From a virus (taxonomy: Duplodnaviria; Caudoviricetes): a stretch of DNA of 54,992 nucleotides. The notes under the pieces are model-generated. The model saw nothing but the letters and a program-made list of their open reading frames with translations. It did no database searches and was not told the origin of the DNA. The stretch covers positions 1 to 54,992 of IMG/VR virus record IMGVR_UViG_3300027586_001442. One strand, 5' to 3'. The number at the start of each line of letters is the position of its first letter. Positions within the stretch are counted from its first letter, which is position 1. Position numbers and translations under genes: made by a program. Below are positions 19,117 to 28,244 of this stretch, piece after piece.

Positions 19117-22100
19117 CTACACCTCTCCGTTGTTAATTAGGGACCTGTTTGCGTTTCCGCCCGCCTTGCCGTACTTCATCTTTCCGAACTGGGCTGCGTG
19201 CAAAGGTCTTCTTGGATCCTTGGTTCTTCCTGGGCCCATATCTCCAGTTCCACCGACAACACCAGTCCCCTTTGGCTTTAAGAGAGCCACCATTTCGCTT
19301 ATTCCTTGCTTTATCTGCTCTAATTCATCTACTTGGCGCAATGATGCTTCCTCTATTTTTGAAAGCTCGTCGCTCTGAATTTTACCCCTTCCCGAAGTCC
19401 CAGCCTTGTCTCTTAAGATGGATCCTGTAATGTCCTTCATATGGACGGGCTGTACAGAACCAACATCCGCACCCTCGCTCGGTTTGGCAATTGGGACTGC
19501 GTGCTGACCTACGGGCGTTGCGACCGCCACAGAGGCCTTCTCCATGGAAGCCGATGCGTTATTGGCGGCGGTGCCAGCCTGACTCTTTTTGCCAGCCACC
19601 GCATCGTAGGCAGTATCTGCAAAGTAACTGCCCGCCAACGAACCTATTAATCCGCCGATAGCAGTTCCTATAGGAATGCTAAGCCCAGCAGTAAGCGGAG
19701 CCAAAGCGAGTCCTATTGATCCCCCAGCATACGCCCCAGCAAGACCACCTCCCAATCCGCCAGCGGTTCCGACCGCAGCCTCGGCTGTGTCCTGACCAAT
19801 CGCCTTTCTTATTCCGAAATCTAGCAGGGGGCCAATTATCGGGAGTTTTTTTGCCGCCACACCCACGAATCCGGAAGCCTTACCAAGGAATCCAAGAGCC
19901 TTGGGAGCGGCCTTCAATATGTCGTCCGCACTTGACACCACCGTCTTCGCCGCGTCGTCGGCGAGGCCCGCTGCACCCTTTGCTGCGGCTCCCGCACCCT
20001 TTGCCGCGTCGTCGGCGAGGCCCGCTGCGCCCTTTGCTACGGCTCCCGCACCCTTCGCCGCGTCGTCGACGAGGCTCGCCGCGCCCTTTGCCCCGCCTCC
20101 AAGCCATTTCGGAATAAGGCTTGTCACTTTTTGCATCAAACCCGTCAGCGGCTTTATAAGAAAGTCGTCAGCCAATGACGCTATTTTTTGAAATGCTCCC
20201 GTTAAGGGCTTGATCAAGAAGTCGTCAACCAAAGTGACAATCTTGCCGCCGAGACTCGCTATCCCCTTGATCGCCTTGTCAAGCCACCCGCCCGAAAGGA
20301 AATTAAGAAACTTGTAGCCTTGCTTGAATGCCCCCATAGAGAAATCCACGAGGTAGCCTTTGAACGAAGTGAAGAAATCGCCCACCATCCTAGACATCAT
20401 GGAAAGACCCTTGTTGAATAGCCCTCCGCTCAGAAGGTTCATTGTCTTTCCAAATATCTTCAATGGCAATTTGACGAACGTCTTTATAAAACCGCCCATT
20501 ATCTTGAGTGGCAGCTTCAAGAAGAATTTGGCGGCCTTGAATACGAATGAGCCCAATCCCTTTATCACCTTCAACGCCATTCCGCCGAATATTCCGACTA
20601 TGGCAGTACACAAGTCCGGGATTATTGAATTTCCAACAAGAATATTAAACATCCATTTAAAAGGAGCTACAATGGCCTTAACAAGACCAGTGAAAATATT
20701 GACAAGGAATGTAACGGAATCCACAACTATTCCTATTACCTTGACAAGCGTCCACAAAATGGCGCCAAGTGGCACGCCCACTATCATGCCGATCGCCTGC
20801 CCTATGGGCTTTAGAACGCTGTAGAGCATCGCGAAGGCCGCGCCCGCATTCTTTGCCTCTCCTCCTCCGAATATGGAGGCCACGGCATTGAATAGTCCAA
20901 GCAAGGCGCTGCCCAATCCCGCAAGCGAGTCATAAAGGCTTTTGAGCGCCGGCTTGACCATGTCAATGGCCACCATGACTCCGCTGATGAAGCCCTCTAT
21001 TATGCTGAAGAATCCATAGAAAACTAAAGACAAGGTCTGCTCAAGGAAGTCGGCGACTCCTGTAAGCCTTAGCATTCCAAATGTGAGGCCGTCAAGTATG
21101 CCAACCAAGCCTCCCGCAATGGTGGAGGATGCATACATGCCCCAAGTCATGTCCTTTGTTGACTTGCCCATGGCCTTCATGACTCCCTCAAAGTTCTTGC
21201 CTGTGTTCTGAAAGCCGGTCACCGCACCAAACACCATGTCTATTGCGGCAAATATTATCTGGCTCATTCCAAGCGTGCCTCCAGCGAGGGCTCCCCTGAG
21301 TCCGGTGGCTATGCCCTTCATACCGCCCCTGAACAGCGGCCCAAACCCCTTTACAAGACCTCCAATGCCTCCGCTCATAACATTTTTTACGCCCTTGAAT
21401 AGACCGATTGCACCTCCCTTCAAAATTCCTGGGATGGATTTCAAGTTGCTTAATTTGAAGTTTTTTATGCCGTCAATAAAATAAGAAAATGTGGATCCCA
21501 CTTTTTTGATTGAAGGCCCGAAAATGGATGTGATCTTGTTTAGGGGCCGCATTCCACCCGTCAAAGAGGAAAAGAAACTGTCAATGCCCACTTTCAGAGA
21601 TGAAAATGTCTTGCTCACCTTGCCCGTTTTACCCATGAAGTTCAATTTCTTTCCATAGTCCAAAAACGAACTCTTTCCGGCATTAATCGCGCTCTTTAGG
21701 TGTGTCCCAAACAATCTAATGCGGGTTCCGAGTCTGTTGAACATCTTACTGCCCTTCTTCCCCACATCCTCAATGCCTTTTATGAGACCGCCCTTCATCG
21801 CATCGCCAAGTTCGTCAGTTCTCCCAAGCAAACCCTTCAGGCCGCCCTCGGGCATAATCTTGGAAAACATCCCCTTCATACCGCCCTTCGGGAACAGTCC
21901 TCCCAGCATGCCAGTGAGGTCAAAAAGACCCTTTCCTAAAGTTAAAGAAAGACCAGTAGCGAGAAGTCCAAGCTGAATAAGTAAAAGACCCATGGATCCT
22001 ATGTAATCAACCATTCCCCTTACAAATGAAGATGTGTATTTCCTGATTGTCTCGTTAAGTTCATTTATGCTTTGAGCAAGTGCCTCCTCGGGTGTTACAG

Positions 22101-24366
22101 CGGCCTTTTCGCCGATAGATATCTCGCTCGCCTTCTTACTGGCCTCCTCGGTAAGCGATCTGAATTCGGCAGAGCCAGCGTCACCTTTTGCGAGAGCCGC
22201 TTTCATTTCGCTTGCAAAGTCTTTCTCAAGAGTCATTCCCTGCTCTGCAGCCGCCTTGTTCAGCTGGTCGCCCAGGATTACCGCGTTTAATTCTGCGGCC
22301 TTTCTAGGATCTAGGCTGGCGAGTTGCTGCGACATCTGCTCGCTTGTGCCGCCTATTCCATAGGCGCTCTTCATTTCGGCCGTCATGGCTCCCGCCATCG
22401 CGGTGAAGTCTTGCCTCTTGTTTTTAAATTCATCGCTCGTGCTTGAATCCTTCAAAGCGCCCGAAAGACCCTTGTCCTTGGCATCTTCGCCTATGGCGGA
22501 CAAGTAGTCCAAAGAGGATCCCAGATACGCCTGGCTTTTTTGCTTGCCTGCCAGTTGCTTTTCCGCCTCGGTTGAAAACTCATTAGATCCTATTTTGTCT
22601 AGCGCCTCTATGTTTCCCGCCAAGCCTTTTGATGCCAACTCGTTTGTTCTTATGAGACTTTCCGCTTCTGCAATCGTCAGGCCGTACCCCCGCAGTCGCA
22701 AAGTCAGTTCTTTTTTCTGCTCCTTACTCAGCGTGTCAAAGTCCTTAAGTGAATTTATTGCTCCGTCAGAAAGGTCTCCAACAAGGCTCATTAACTCGGT
22801 GGAGAAACCAGCTAGGTTTTCCCTATCCTCCATGAAGGTTCCGGACAGCACGTCATTCGTCGCATCTCCGCCCATTCTATTTGAAATTGTGTATACCAAG
22901 CCTTGCGTTGCCGCATCCGCATCCATTATGCTCCCGGTGCTTGACAAGGCGGTGGCAACTTTATTTGTGATTTCTTCAAAGCCCGTCTTCTTTGCCTCCG
23001 CCATCATCCCTATGACAGTTTTGGCAACATCCGCCGTCAGATTTCCCTGATTTCTCAAGTTTTTAAGAATTCCTTCAGAAGACTTCATCGCTCCTAGAAG
23101 CTCATCTCCGGTTACTCCCGTGGTCAAGGCAACGTTTCTCATGCCTCGTGCAAGTTCGCCCATTTCGCCAGAGCTGAGCGCCAGTGTTCTGTGCCAGTCG
23201 CCAAAGAGATCTGCAGTCTGCTGGGCTTCCGATCCGATCATGGATGAAAGGAACAGGCTTGACTTCATCACCTTTTTGCCTTCAATATTATTCTTGAATC
23301 CCTTCTTGACATTGGACATATAGACCTTCTGCATGACGTTTACGCTCTTCCCAGTCTCCTTCGCCACCTGGCCAAGATCGGAAAACTCGCTCTGCATTCC
23401 CCTGAAATCGCCGGTTATCCCCTGGGTCTGGAAGGCGATCATCCTCATCTCTCTTTGGAACACCGTTGCGTCGGTTACTGATCCGGAAAAAAGCCCTTGC
23501 AAGAAATCAGCGCCTCCGCCCATCAATGCCGTGCTGATGCCGGTAGTCCATGAGGCTATTTCCTTGTTGCCTCCCTCCTTGAGTCCCTTGCCGATGTGTT
23601 TTGTTATTTGATTGCCTACCTTTTCGGCTTCTGCCGCGGCACCGGGGTCCAATGTGACAGTCTCGACGGCAACCCCGATACGGGTCTTGGCACCCATGTA
23701 TCCACTCACGGTATTGAAACCACTAGGTGCCGGAGCGGTGTCCCCTACTGATCCAGCCGTGCTGAAATATTTGGGTTTTACCAAACCGCCAAGACTGTAT
23801 CCTTTGTTAATTCGGTCAAGCACTCCTGAATTTCTTGAGGCTCCCTTGCGCCCGACGATGAACTCGCCGGGGGTTAGCATGGCTGGAACCTTATCCGTTC
23901 CCTTTGGCTTAAATCCCATATCTCCCAAGGAAAGTTTAGATTTTGAACCAATAGACGAACCGCCCGTTGTGTACTTTGCAATCTTGGCCGCCTGTGCCTT
24001 CTTCTGGTTCTCCAGAATCATGCCGAGTATTTTCGTTTGTTCCCTCTGAATTCCTTCAAAACTTCCTTTTGATTCTGCCCCGCTGCTTTGACGGGACTGC
24101 TTGGCTTTCTCAAAGGACTTAGTGGCCTCTTTTACTTCATTTACGAATTTCTCCGTCGCCTTCAAGCTTTCCTTAATATCGTCGCCGAGGTCTTCAAGAG
24201 CCTTAGATAGTTTTTCGTAGTCCTTTTCGGAACCGGATGACTTGGCCTGCTCGGAGGCGTACTTTACGGCCTTGCCCACAGCGGAATTCAGCATGGACGA
24301 AAGCTTCTCTATGGCTGCGTCCTGAAAATTCCCTATCCTTCCCATCTCGTCTTTTATCTCCGCCAT
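19117..24366 (-). CDS. Tape measure protein (1749 aa)
   Basis: Long Ala/Gly/Lys-rich helical ORF with hydrophobic segments and a GTDKVPAMLTPGEF motif; immediately upstream of the baseplate genes. Confidence 0.88.
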   Translation of the reverse strand: MAEIKDEMGRIGNFQDAAIEKLSSMLNSAVGKAVKYASEQAKSSGSEKDYEKLSKALEDLGDDIKESLKATEKFVNEVKEATKSFEKAKQSRQSSGAESKGSFEGIQREQTKILGMILENQKKAQAAKIAKYTTGGSSIGSKSKLSLGDMGFKPKGTDKVPAMLTPGEFIVGRKGASRNSGVLDRINKGYSLGGLVKPKYFSTAGSVGDTAPAPSGFNTVSGYMGAKTRIGVAVETVTLDPGAAAEAEKVGNQITKHIGKGLKEGGNKEIASWTTGISTALMGGGADFLQGLFSGSVTDATVFQREMRMIAFQTQGITGDFRGMQSEFSDLGQVAKETGKSVNVMQKVYMSNVKKGFKNNIEGKKVMKSSLFLSSMIGSEAQQTADLFGDWHRTLALSSGEMGELARGMRNVALTTGVTGDELLGAMKSSEGILKNLRNQGNLTADVAKTVIGMMAEAKKTGFEEITNKVATALSSTGSIMDADAATQGLVYTISNRMGGDATNDVLSGTFMEDRENLAGFSTELMSLVGDLSDGAINSLKDFDTLSKEQKKELTLRLRGYGLTIAEAESLIRTNELASKGLAGNIEALDKIGSNEFSTEAEKQLAGKQKSQAYLGSSLDYLSAIGEDAKDKGLSGALKDSSTSDEFKNKRQDFTAMAGAMTAEMKSAYGIGGTSEQMSQQLASLDPRKAAELNAVILGDQLNKAAAEQGMTLEKDFASEMKAALAKGDAGSAEFRSLTEEASKKASEISIGEKAAVTPEEALAQSINELNETIRKYTSSFVRGMVDYIGSMGLLLIQLGLLATGLSLTLGKGLFDLTGMLGGLFPKGGMKGMFSKIMPEGGLKGLLGRTDELGDAMKGGLIKGIEDVGKKGSKMFNRLGTRIRLFGTHLKSAINAGKSSFLDYGKKLNFMGKTGKVSKTFSSLKVGIDSFFSSLTGGMRPLNKITSIFGPSIKKVGSTFSYFIDGIKNFKLSNLKSIPGILKGGAIGLFKGVKNVMSGGIGGLVKGFGPLFRGGMKGIATGLRGALAGGTLGMSQIIFAAIDMVFGAVTGFQNTGKNFEGVMKAMGKSTKDMTWGMYASSTIAGGLVGILDGLTFGMLRLTGVADFLEQTLSLVFYGFFSIIEGFISGVMVAIDMVKPALKSLYDSLAGLGSALLGLFNAVASIFGGGEAKNAGAAFAMLYSVLKPIGQAIGMIVGVPLGAILWTLVKVIGIVVDSVTFLVNIFTGLVKAIVAPFKWMFNILVGNSIIPDLCTAIVGIFGGMALKVIKGLGSFVFKAAKFFLKLPLKIMGGFIKTFVKLPLKIFGKTMNLLSGGLFNKGLSMMSRMVGDFFTSFKGYLVDFSMGAFKQGYKFLNFLSGGWLDKAIKGIASLGGKIVTLVDDFLIKPLTGAFQKIASLADDFLIKPLTGLMQKVTSLIPKWLGGGAKGAASLVDDAAKGAGAVAKGAAGLADDAAKGAGAAAKGAAGLADDAAKTVVSSADDILKAAPKALGFLGKASGFVGVAAKKLPIIGPLLDFGIRKAIGQDTAEAAVGTAGGLGGGLAGAYAGGSIGLALAPLTAGLSIPIGTAIGGLIGSLAGSYFADTAYDAVAGKKSQAGTAANNASASMEKASVAVATPVGQHAVPIAKPSEGADVGSVQPVHMKDITGSILRDKAGTSGRGKIQSDELSKIEEASLRQVDELEQIKQGISEMVALLKPKGTGVVGGTGDMGPGRTKDPRRPLHAAQFGKMKYGKAGGNANRSLINNGEV
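19945..20095 (-). repeat. 54-bp tandem repeat in the tape measure gene (AKGAAGLADDAAKGAGAA)
   Basis: GCCGCGTCGTCGGCGAGGCCCGCTGC recurs at 54-bp spacing, about 3 copies. Confidence 0.85.
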
Positions 24367-24878
24367 CAGCCTCCGGTGGGCAACTGTTCGCCGCCCTGAC
24401 TTAAATTAGTCGCTTTTGGGTTGATTTGTTGTCTCATCTGCTCCTGAACCTGCCTTCTTATGATCTGGACCTCCGCTGGATCGAAGGTCCGCACCATGGT
24501 CATGACGTTGAGGAGGAACTTGTAGTCCAGTATCTTCACCTGCCTGATGCCGTTCCACTTGTATGACCTGTAGGATCCGGAGAGGTATCCGTCAGCGGAT
24601 ATTGACTTGTAGGAGAATGCGGGATTGCCCGCGCTGATCTCGAGCAGCTTTCTTATGTAGGGGAATGTGAGGTAGTGGATGTTCACTCCCCAGAGCTTGC
24701 CTATGTCCCTGTTACTTTCGCTCACAACGACGAGCGGGTATGCGTCATTTCTCCAGAACGCGTAGTTGAAGCTTATCAGACTGCCCTTCATGACCACGTT
24801 GCCACTCGCAAGTGAGGCATTGCGGCCGACGGGACTGAAGAACTGCTGCAGAATTCTGCTACGGGGTAGAGGTGGCAT
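24366..24878 (-). CDS. DNA end protector-like protein (T4 gp2 family)
   Basis: YPLVVV...LWGVNIHYL..YIRKLL...YRSY resembles the gp2 FPL...GLNLHYL motif. Confidence 0.6.
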   Translation of the reverse strand: MPPLPRSRILQQFFSPVGRNASLASGNVVMKGSLISFNYAFWRNDAYPLVVVSESNRDIGKLWGVNIHYLTFPYIRKLLEISAGNPAFSYKSISADGYLSGSYRSYKWNGIRQVKILDYKFLLNVMTMVRTFDPAEVQIIRRQVQEQMRQQINPKATNLSQGGEQLPTGG

Positions 24879-24911
24879 GGGCTTTTTTTGGAAAAGGAGG
24901 GATTGTCCAAA

Positions 24912-24917
24912 TATATA
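24912..24917 (-). promoter_or_regulatory. TATATA late-promoter-like motif heading the tail operon
   Basis: CTCTATATAT in the intergenic gap ~33 nt upstream of ATG 24878. Confidence 0.5.
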
Positions 24918-24955
24918 GAGGAAAGGACAAATTTTCCTCCGAAATGACGCTTAAA

Positions 24956-25423
24956 TCACGCGTTGGAAGTGTTTGAAAAGTCGCCAGCCCCACTTGATAC
25001 CACTATTTTGCTCTGTGGATCCGCTTTTCCGGAGTTCAGTTCGTCCTGTGCCTTGGAGCTCTTTTGGAAGAAATTTTTGAACTCCTCCACCACGGCCTTC
25101 TTGATCTCCTCCGCCGCATCGTCCTCCGACATGTCGGAGACAAGGTCTCCGAATAGATCCTCTATGTTCAGGGAGTAGGCGGCTCCGTACGGCTCGGTCT
25201 TGTTCTCCTTCTGAACCCTGTATGCCAGGTTTGATCCGACCTTGTATACCCTTACGCCCTCGAAATCTAGTCCGCCGTTCGTGCAGTTGACAAATATGTA
25301 GGGGCTTTCCTCCTTCAAGAAGTCCTCCACCTTGAATTCTCCCTCCGCGAGCATGTCCCGTATTATTCCGAGTTCACGCACGGACTGCTTATTCTTTTTG
25401 TCAAGGAAGCTAGAAAAACGCAT
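24956..25423 (-). CDS. Hypothetical protein
   Basis: Start MRFSSFLDKK at 25423 is coupled (TGATG) to the upstream stop. Confidence 0.7.
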   Translation of the reverse strand: MRFSSFLDKKNKQSVRELGIIRDMLAEGEFKVEDFLKEESPYIFVNCTNGGLDFEGVRVYKVGSNLAYRVQKENKTEPYGAAYSLNIEDLFGDLVSDMSEDDAAEEIKKAVVEEFKNFFQKSSKAQDELNSGKADPQSKIVVSSGAGDFSNTSNA

Positions 25424-26691
25424 CAGCATTGCCTCATGAGAAGGTCGTGGGTGCTGTAGACGCACCTCTTGAGAGCCTTTAGGTCGCTCGGGTTGCCGGC
25501 ATAAGGAACCTCCTTAAGTTCGGTTCCCTGCATTGATTCCGAGGCCTCCTTCATCGTCACGAGTCCGGCGGTGAGGAACAGCATGCCATTTCTTCTTTCC
25601 ATGAACTCTATCTCGTCCACCTCGGGGTTGCCGAACTCGTCCTGGCCTCCGGTCTCCTTCACGAAATATATTCTGAGGTCCACCATCGGCACTATCTGCC
25701 CGTCGTCGCTTATCATCGCCTCGGAATTCTCCGACTTGACCGCCTTGACAACGACCTTGCCCTCGGTATAGGCACCCCGCAGGGCGTTGCTCATATCCCA
25801 TCCGAGGTGGTATATCGTTCCTTCGTCATTGACGACATCTATGATGAACGACTGCTCCTCGAACTGCTTTGCGATTGACTCTATGACTATCCTTCGTCTT
25901 AGTATGTCGCGTTCCTGGGGACTGCCCTCGGAGAGCCTCTTCAGTTCGGGCGCGGACAGATAACGCTCTGGGTCGTCCTCGCGCAGGCTCCAACTCCCAA
26001 GGGCGACCTCGCCCCAGTCCGAGTTGAGCCTTGTGGCCATCTTTATGGAGTACTCCTTCTCATTGAATATTATGTTTTCCTTGTCGGGGCTGCTGCTGAC
26101 CTGGACGGATCCTGTCAGGGCGGCTATGAACTTCCTGTGGAGTTCCCCTTTGTTTCCGCTGTAGCCCATCATCTTTATGAAGGTCTCGTTCAGCGAGGGC
26201 ACGCTCTCCAGCGTGTTGAACATGTGGTTGACGACGCTCGTAGAGGGGTTGTTCTTGTCAAGCTGCTCCCTAATGCTCTTTCTTATCTGTTTGGAGGCCG
26301 AGGCCACATTGGAGTTCATTCTGAGAAGCTGTATGTTCCAGTTGTCGTCCACGAACTTCCTCTGGTAGGGTTCGAGCGCCTCCTTGTCCCTCATGGGTGA
26401 AATCATATCCATGAGCTTGCTTGCATCGCCCTTGGCGCTCTCCTTGAAGAAGTTTGACTTCCAGACCTCGAAGTCGGGAGACTCCTCCTTATCTTCGGGC
26501 ATGTCGGGAGCCTGGGGATCTTCCGACACATCCTCCTGATCTGGCGTCTTCTCCGCCTGCTGTGCGTCCTGTTCGGGCGTTTGCTGCTGTTCGTCACCTG
26601 GCGCAAGTGCTTCAGAATCTCCCCCGACCGCCGGTGGCGGCTGGATTTCTGCCTGGTCGGCCTCTAGCCAGAATTCAAGATTGTGGTTCAT
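25423..26691 (-). CDS. Hypothetical protein with acidic disordered N-terminus
   Basis: 422-aa ORF coupled to its neighbours. Confidence 0.75.
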   Translation of the reverse strand: MNHNLEFWLEADQAEIQPPPAVGGDSEALAPGDEQQQTPEQDAQQAEKTPDQEDVSEDPQAPDMPEDKEESPDFEVWKSNFFKESAKGDASKLMDMISPMRDKEALEPYQRKFVDDNWNIQLLRMNSNVASASKQIRKSIREQLDKNNPSTSVVNHMFNTLESVPSLNETFIKMMGYSGNKGELHRKFIAALTGSVQVSSSPDKENIIFNEKEYSIKMATRLNSDWGEVALGSWSLREDDPERYLSAPELKRLSEGSPQERDILRRRIVIESIAKQFEEQSFIIDVVNDEGTIYHLGWDMSNALRGAYTEGKVVVKAVKSENSEAMISDDGQIVPMVDLRIYFVKETGGQDEFGNPEVDEIEFMERRNGMLFLTAGLVTMKEASESMQGTELKEVPYAGNPSDLKALKRCVYSTHDLLMRQC

Positions 26692-27143
26692 CAGTTCTCC
26701 TCTTCCTTTCTTTCCTTCTGTATTCGTTCCATGAGTGACTTCCTGTTTATGCCGCTTGCGTCATAGATGTTTATCGTATTGCCCTTTTCCTTGCCCTTGC
26801 CCATCCACGGCTGGTAGGTGTCGGGCTGCTTCAGTTTTATCCTGGTCATGAGGTCGGCTATCCTTGTCATCTTTTCGCTCGTCTCTATTCTGGTCTTGAG
26901 GAGGTTCACAAGAGCCTCCTTGCTGGCCGTGGACGAATCCCCGTCGTTCAGCACCATGTTGGAAAAGGTGTCCACGAGGTTGGAAACCTGACTTCTGTCG
27001 TCTCGCAGGTTCTCCATGATCTCGCCATACACCCCCAGAAGCGACTCGTCGCTCACCAGGGATAGTTCCTTTTCCTGTACGGGCGCCACATCTACCTTTT
27101 CGCCCAGCAATTCTTCAGATCGTTCCGACAGTTCTTTGCCCAT
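26691..27143 (-). CDS. Hypothetical protein
   Basis: Likely start MGKELSE at 27143, just downstream of a TATATA motif; this avoids overlap with the divergent gene. Confidence 0.65.
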   Translation of the reverse strand: MGKELSERSEELLGEKVDVAPVQEKELSLVSDESLLGVYGEIMENLRDDRSQVSNLVDTFSNMVLNDGDSSTASKEALVNLLKTRIETSEKMTRIADLMTRIKLKQPDTYQPWMGKGKEKGNTINIYDASGINRKSLMERIQKERKEEEN

Positions 27144-27149
27144 ACTTTC

Positions 27150-27158
27150 TATATATAT
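27150..27158. promoter_or_regulatory. TATATA motif between divergent genes
   Basis: TATATATAT between starts 27143(-) and 27190(+). Confidence 0.55.
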
Positions 27159-27189
27159 CGTCCGTTTCCAATTGCTAAGGCAGTAATGC

Positions 27190-27537
27190 ATGTCAGAAGA
27201 AGACCTCAATCAATCCGCGGGGAATGACATCGTAAAAAGCCTTCGGGAGGCGGATTCGAGGATTGTTGAAAAGACTAAAGGGCTTGCGAGGGAGGTTAGG
27301 GACATTTCGGAATCCTGGCACGATCTCGAGGCCAGGATGAGGGTTCTGGAATCAAAGGATTTTGAGGAGATAAGAAACAGTCTGTATGGAATTGAAGGCC
27401 GAATGAAATCTCTGGAATCCCAAAACAATGACAGGAAGCAAAAATGGCAAATAGTGATAAACTTCGTAGTTCAGTTAATATGGGTCTCCATGGCGGCATG
27501 GGTGCTAACGAGGCTCGGGCTTCAAGGGCCTCTATGA
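27190..27537 (+). CDS. Coiled-coil protein with C-terminal TM helix (XhlA/holin-like architecture)
   Basis: Heptad region followed by hydrophobic WQIVINFVVQLIWVSMAAWVL. Confidence 0.6.
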   Translation: MSEEDLNQSAGNDIVKSLREADSRIVEKTKGLAREVRDISESWHDLEARMRVLESKDFEEIRNSLYGIEGRMKSLESQNNDRKQKWQIVINFVVQLIWVSMAAWVLTRLGLQGPL

Positions 27538-28244
27538 AATTCAGAGAGTGGCTGTGTAAGATAGAGGAAGCCGGCGGCAACGTAAAGCAATCGGCTGGCG
27601 CCGGATCCAACACGGATAGAAGCGCCCTGTACGGCCTTTCTGCCCAGTACGGACACAGGGGAACCCAACTTCCTATAAGTTTGGGATTGAACAATAAGGC
27701 AACCGCATCTTTGATCGCCGGAATCGGATCGGGAATCGGAGCGTCTCTGGACAGTTCGGGTTTTTCCGCTACCGCACCTCCAAACATAACGCCTTTCCCC
27801 ACGATGAAGAACCAGCTCGTCAGGCATTATTCCCTGCCGTTGCAACTCCCATACGAGGAAGGCGAGGACAGGCCAATCACCAAAGTATCAAACTCAAGTT
27901 ACAAAAGTCTCTTTATGAGACTTGGACAGATCATTCGGGACAGAGACCCTTTGAAGGATCCGAGGGTGAGACAAGCTGGGGACGATGGAAGCGAGGGGGG
28001 CAAGTTCAGACTCCCGAACAAGAACGACTACACCGAGATGTCACAAGCCAAGGAATTCACCAGGGGACTGATACACATGGTCATAGCCAACCAACTCTTC
28101 GGAGAGGGCATGATGGGCAAATACGACCTTCAGAACCCGGCAGTCGAGGCCGAGGGCACGAGGGAAGGCATGTTCATCTGCGCCCTGTCCTTCAAGAGAC
28201 TCAATGACATTCCCGACAACATCGGAAATAGGGAGGAAGAATGA
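27534..28244 (+). CDS. Hypothetical protein, putative internal head protein
   Basis: ATGA-coupled start MKFREWLCKIEEA at 27534. Confidence 0.7.
   Translation: MKFREWLCKIEEAGGNVKQSAGAGSNTDRSALYGLSAQYGHRGTQLPISLGLNNKATASLIAGIGSGIGASLDSSGFSATAPPNITPFPTMKNQLVRHYSLPLQLPYEEGEDRPITKVSNSSYKSLFMRLGQIIRDRDPLKDPRVRQAGDDGSEGGKFRLPNKNDYTEMSQAKEFTRGLIHMVIANQLFGEGMMGKYDLQNPAVEAEGTREGMFICALSFKRLNDIPDNIGNREEE

Noticed and set aside
8554-24878. Bacterial eCIS, tailocin or T6SS locus
   Set aside because: The gp2-like gene, long tape measure, late-promoter motifs, capsid-targeting-like peptides and lack of housekeeping genes point to a phage.
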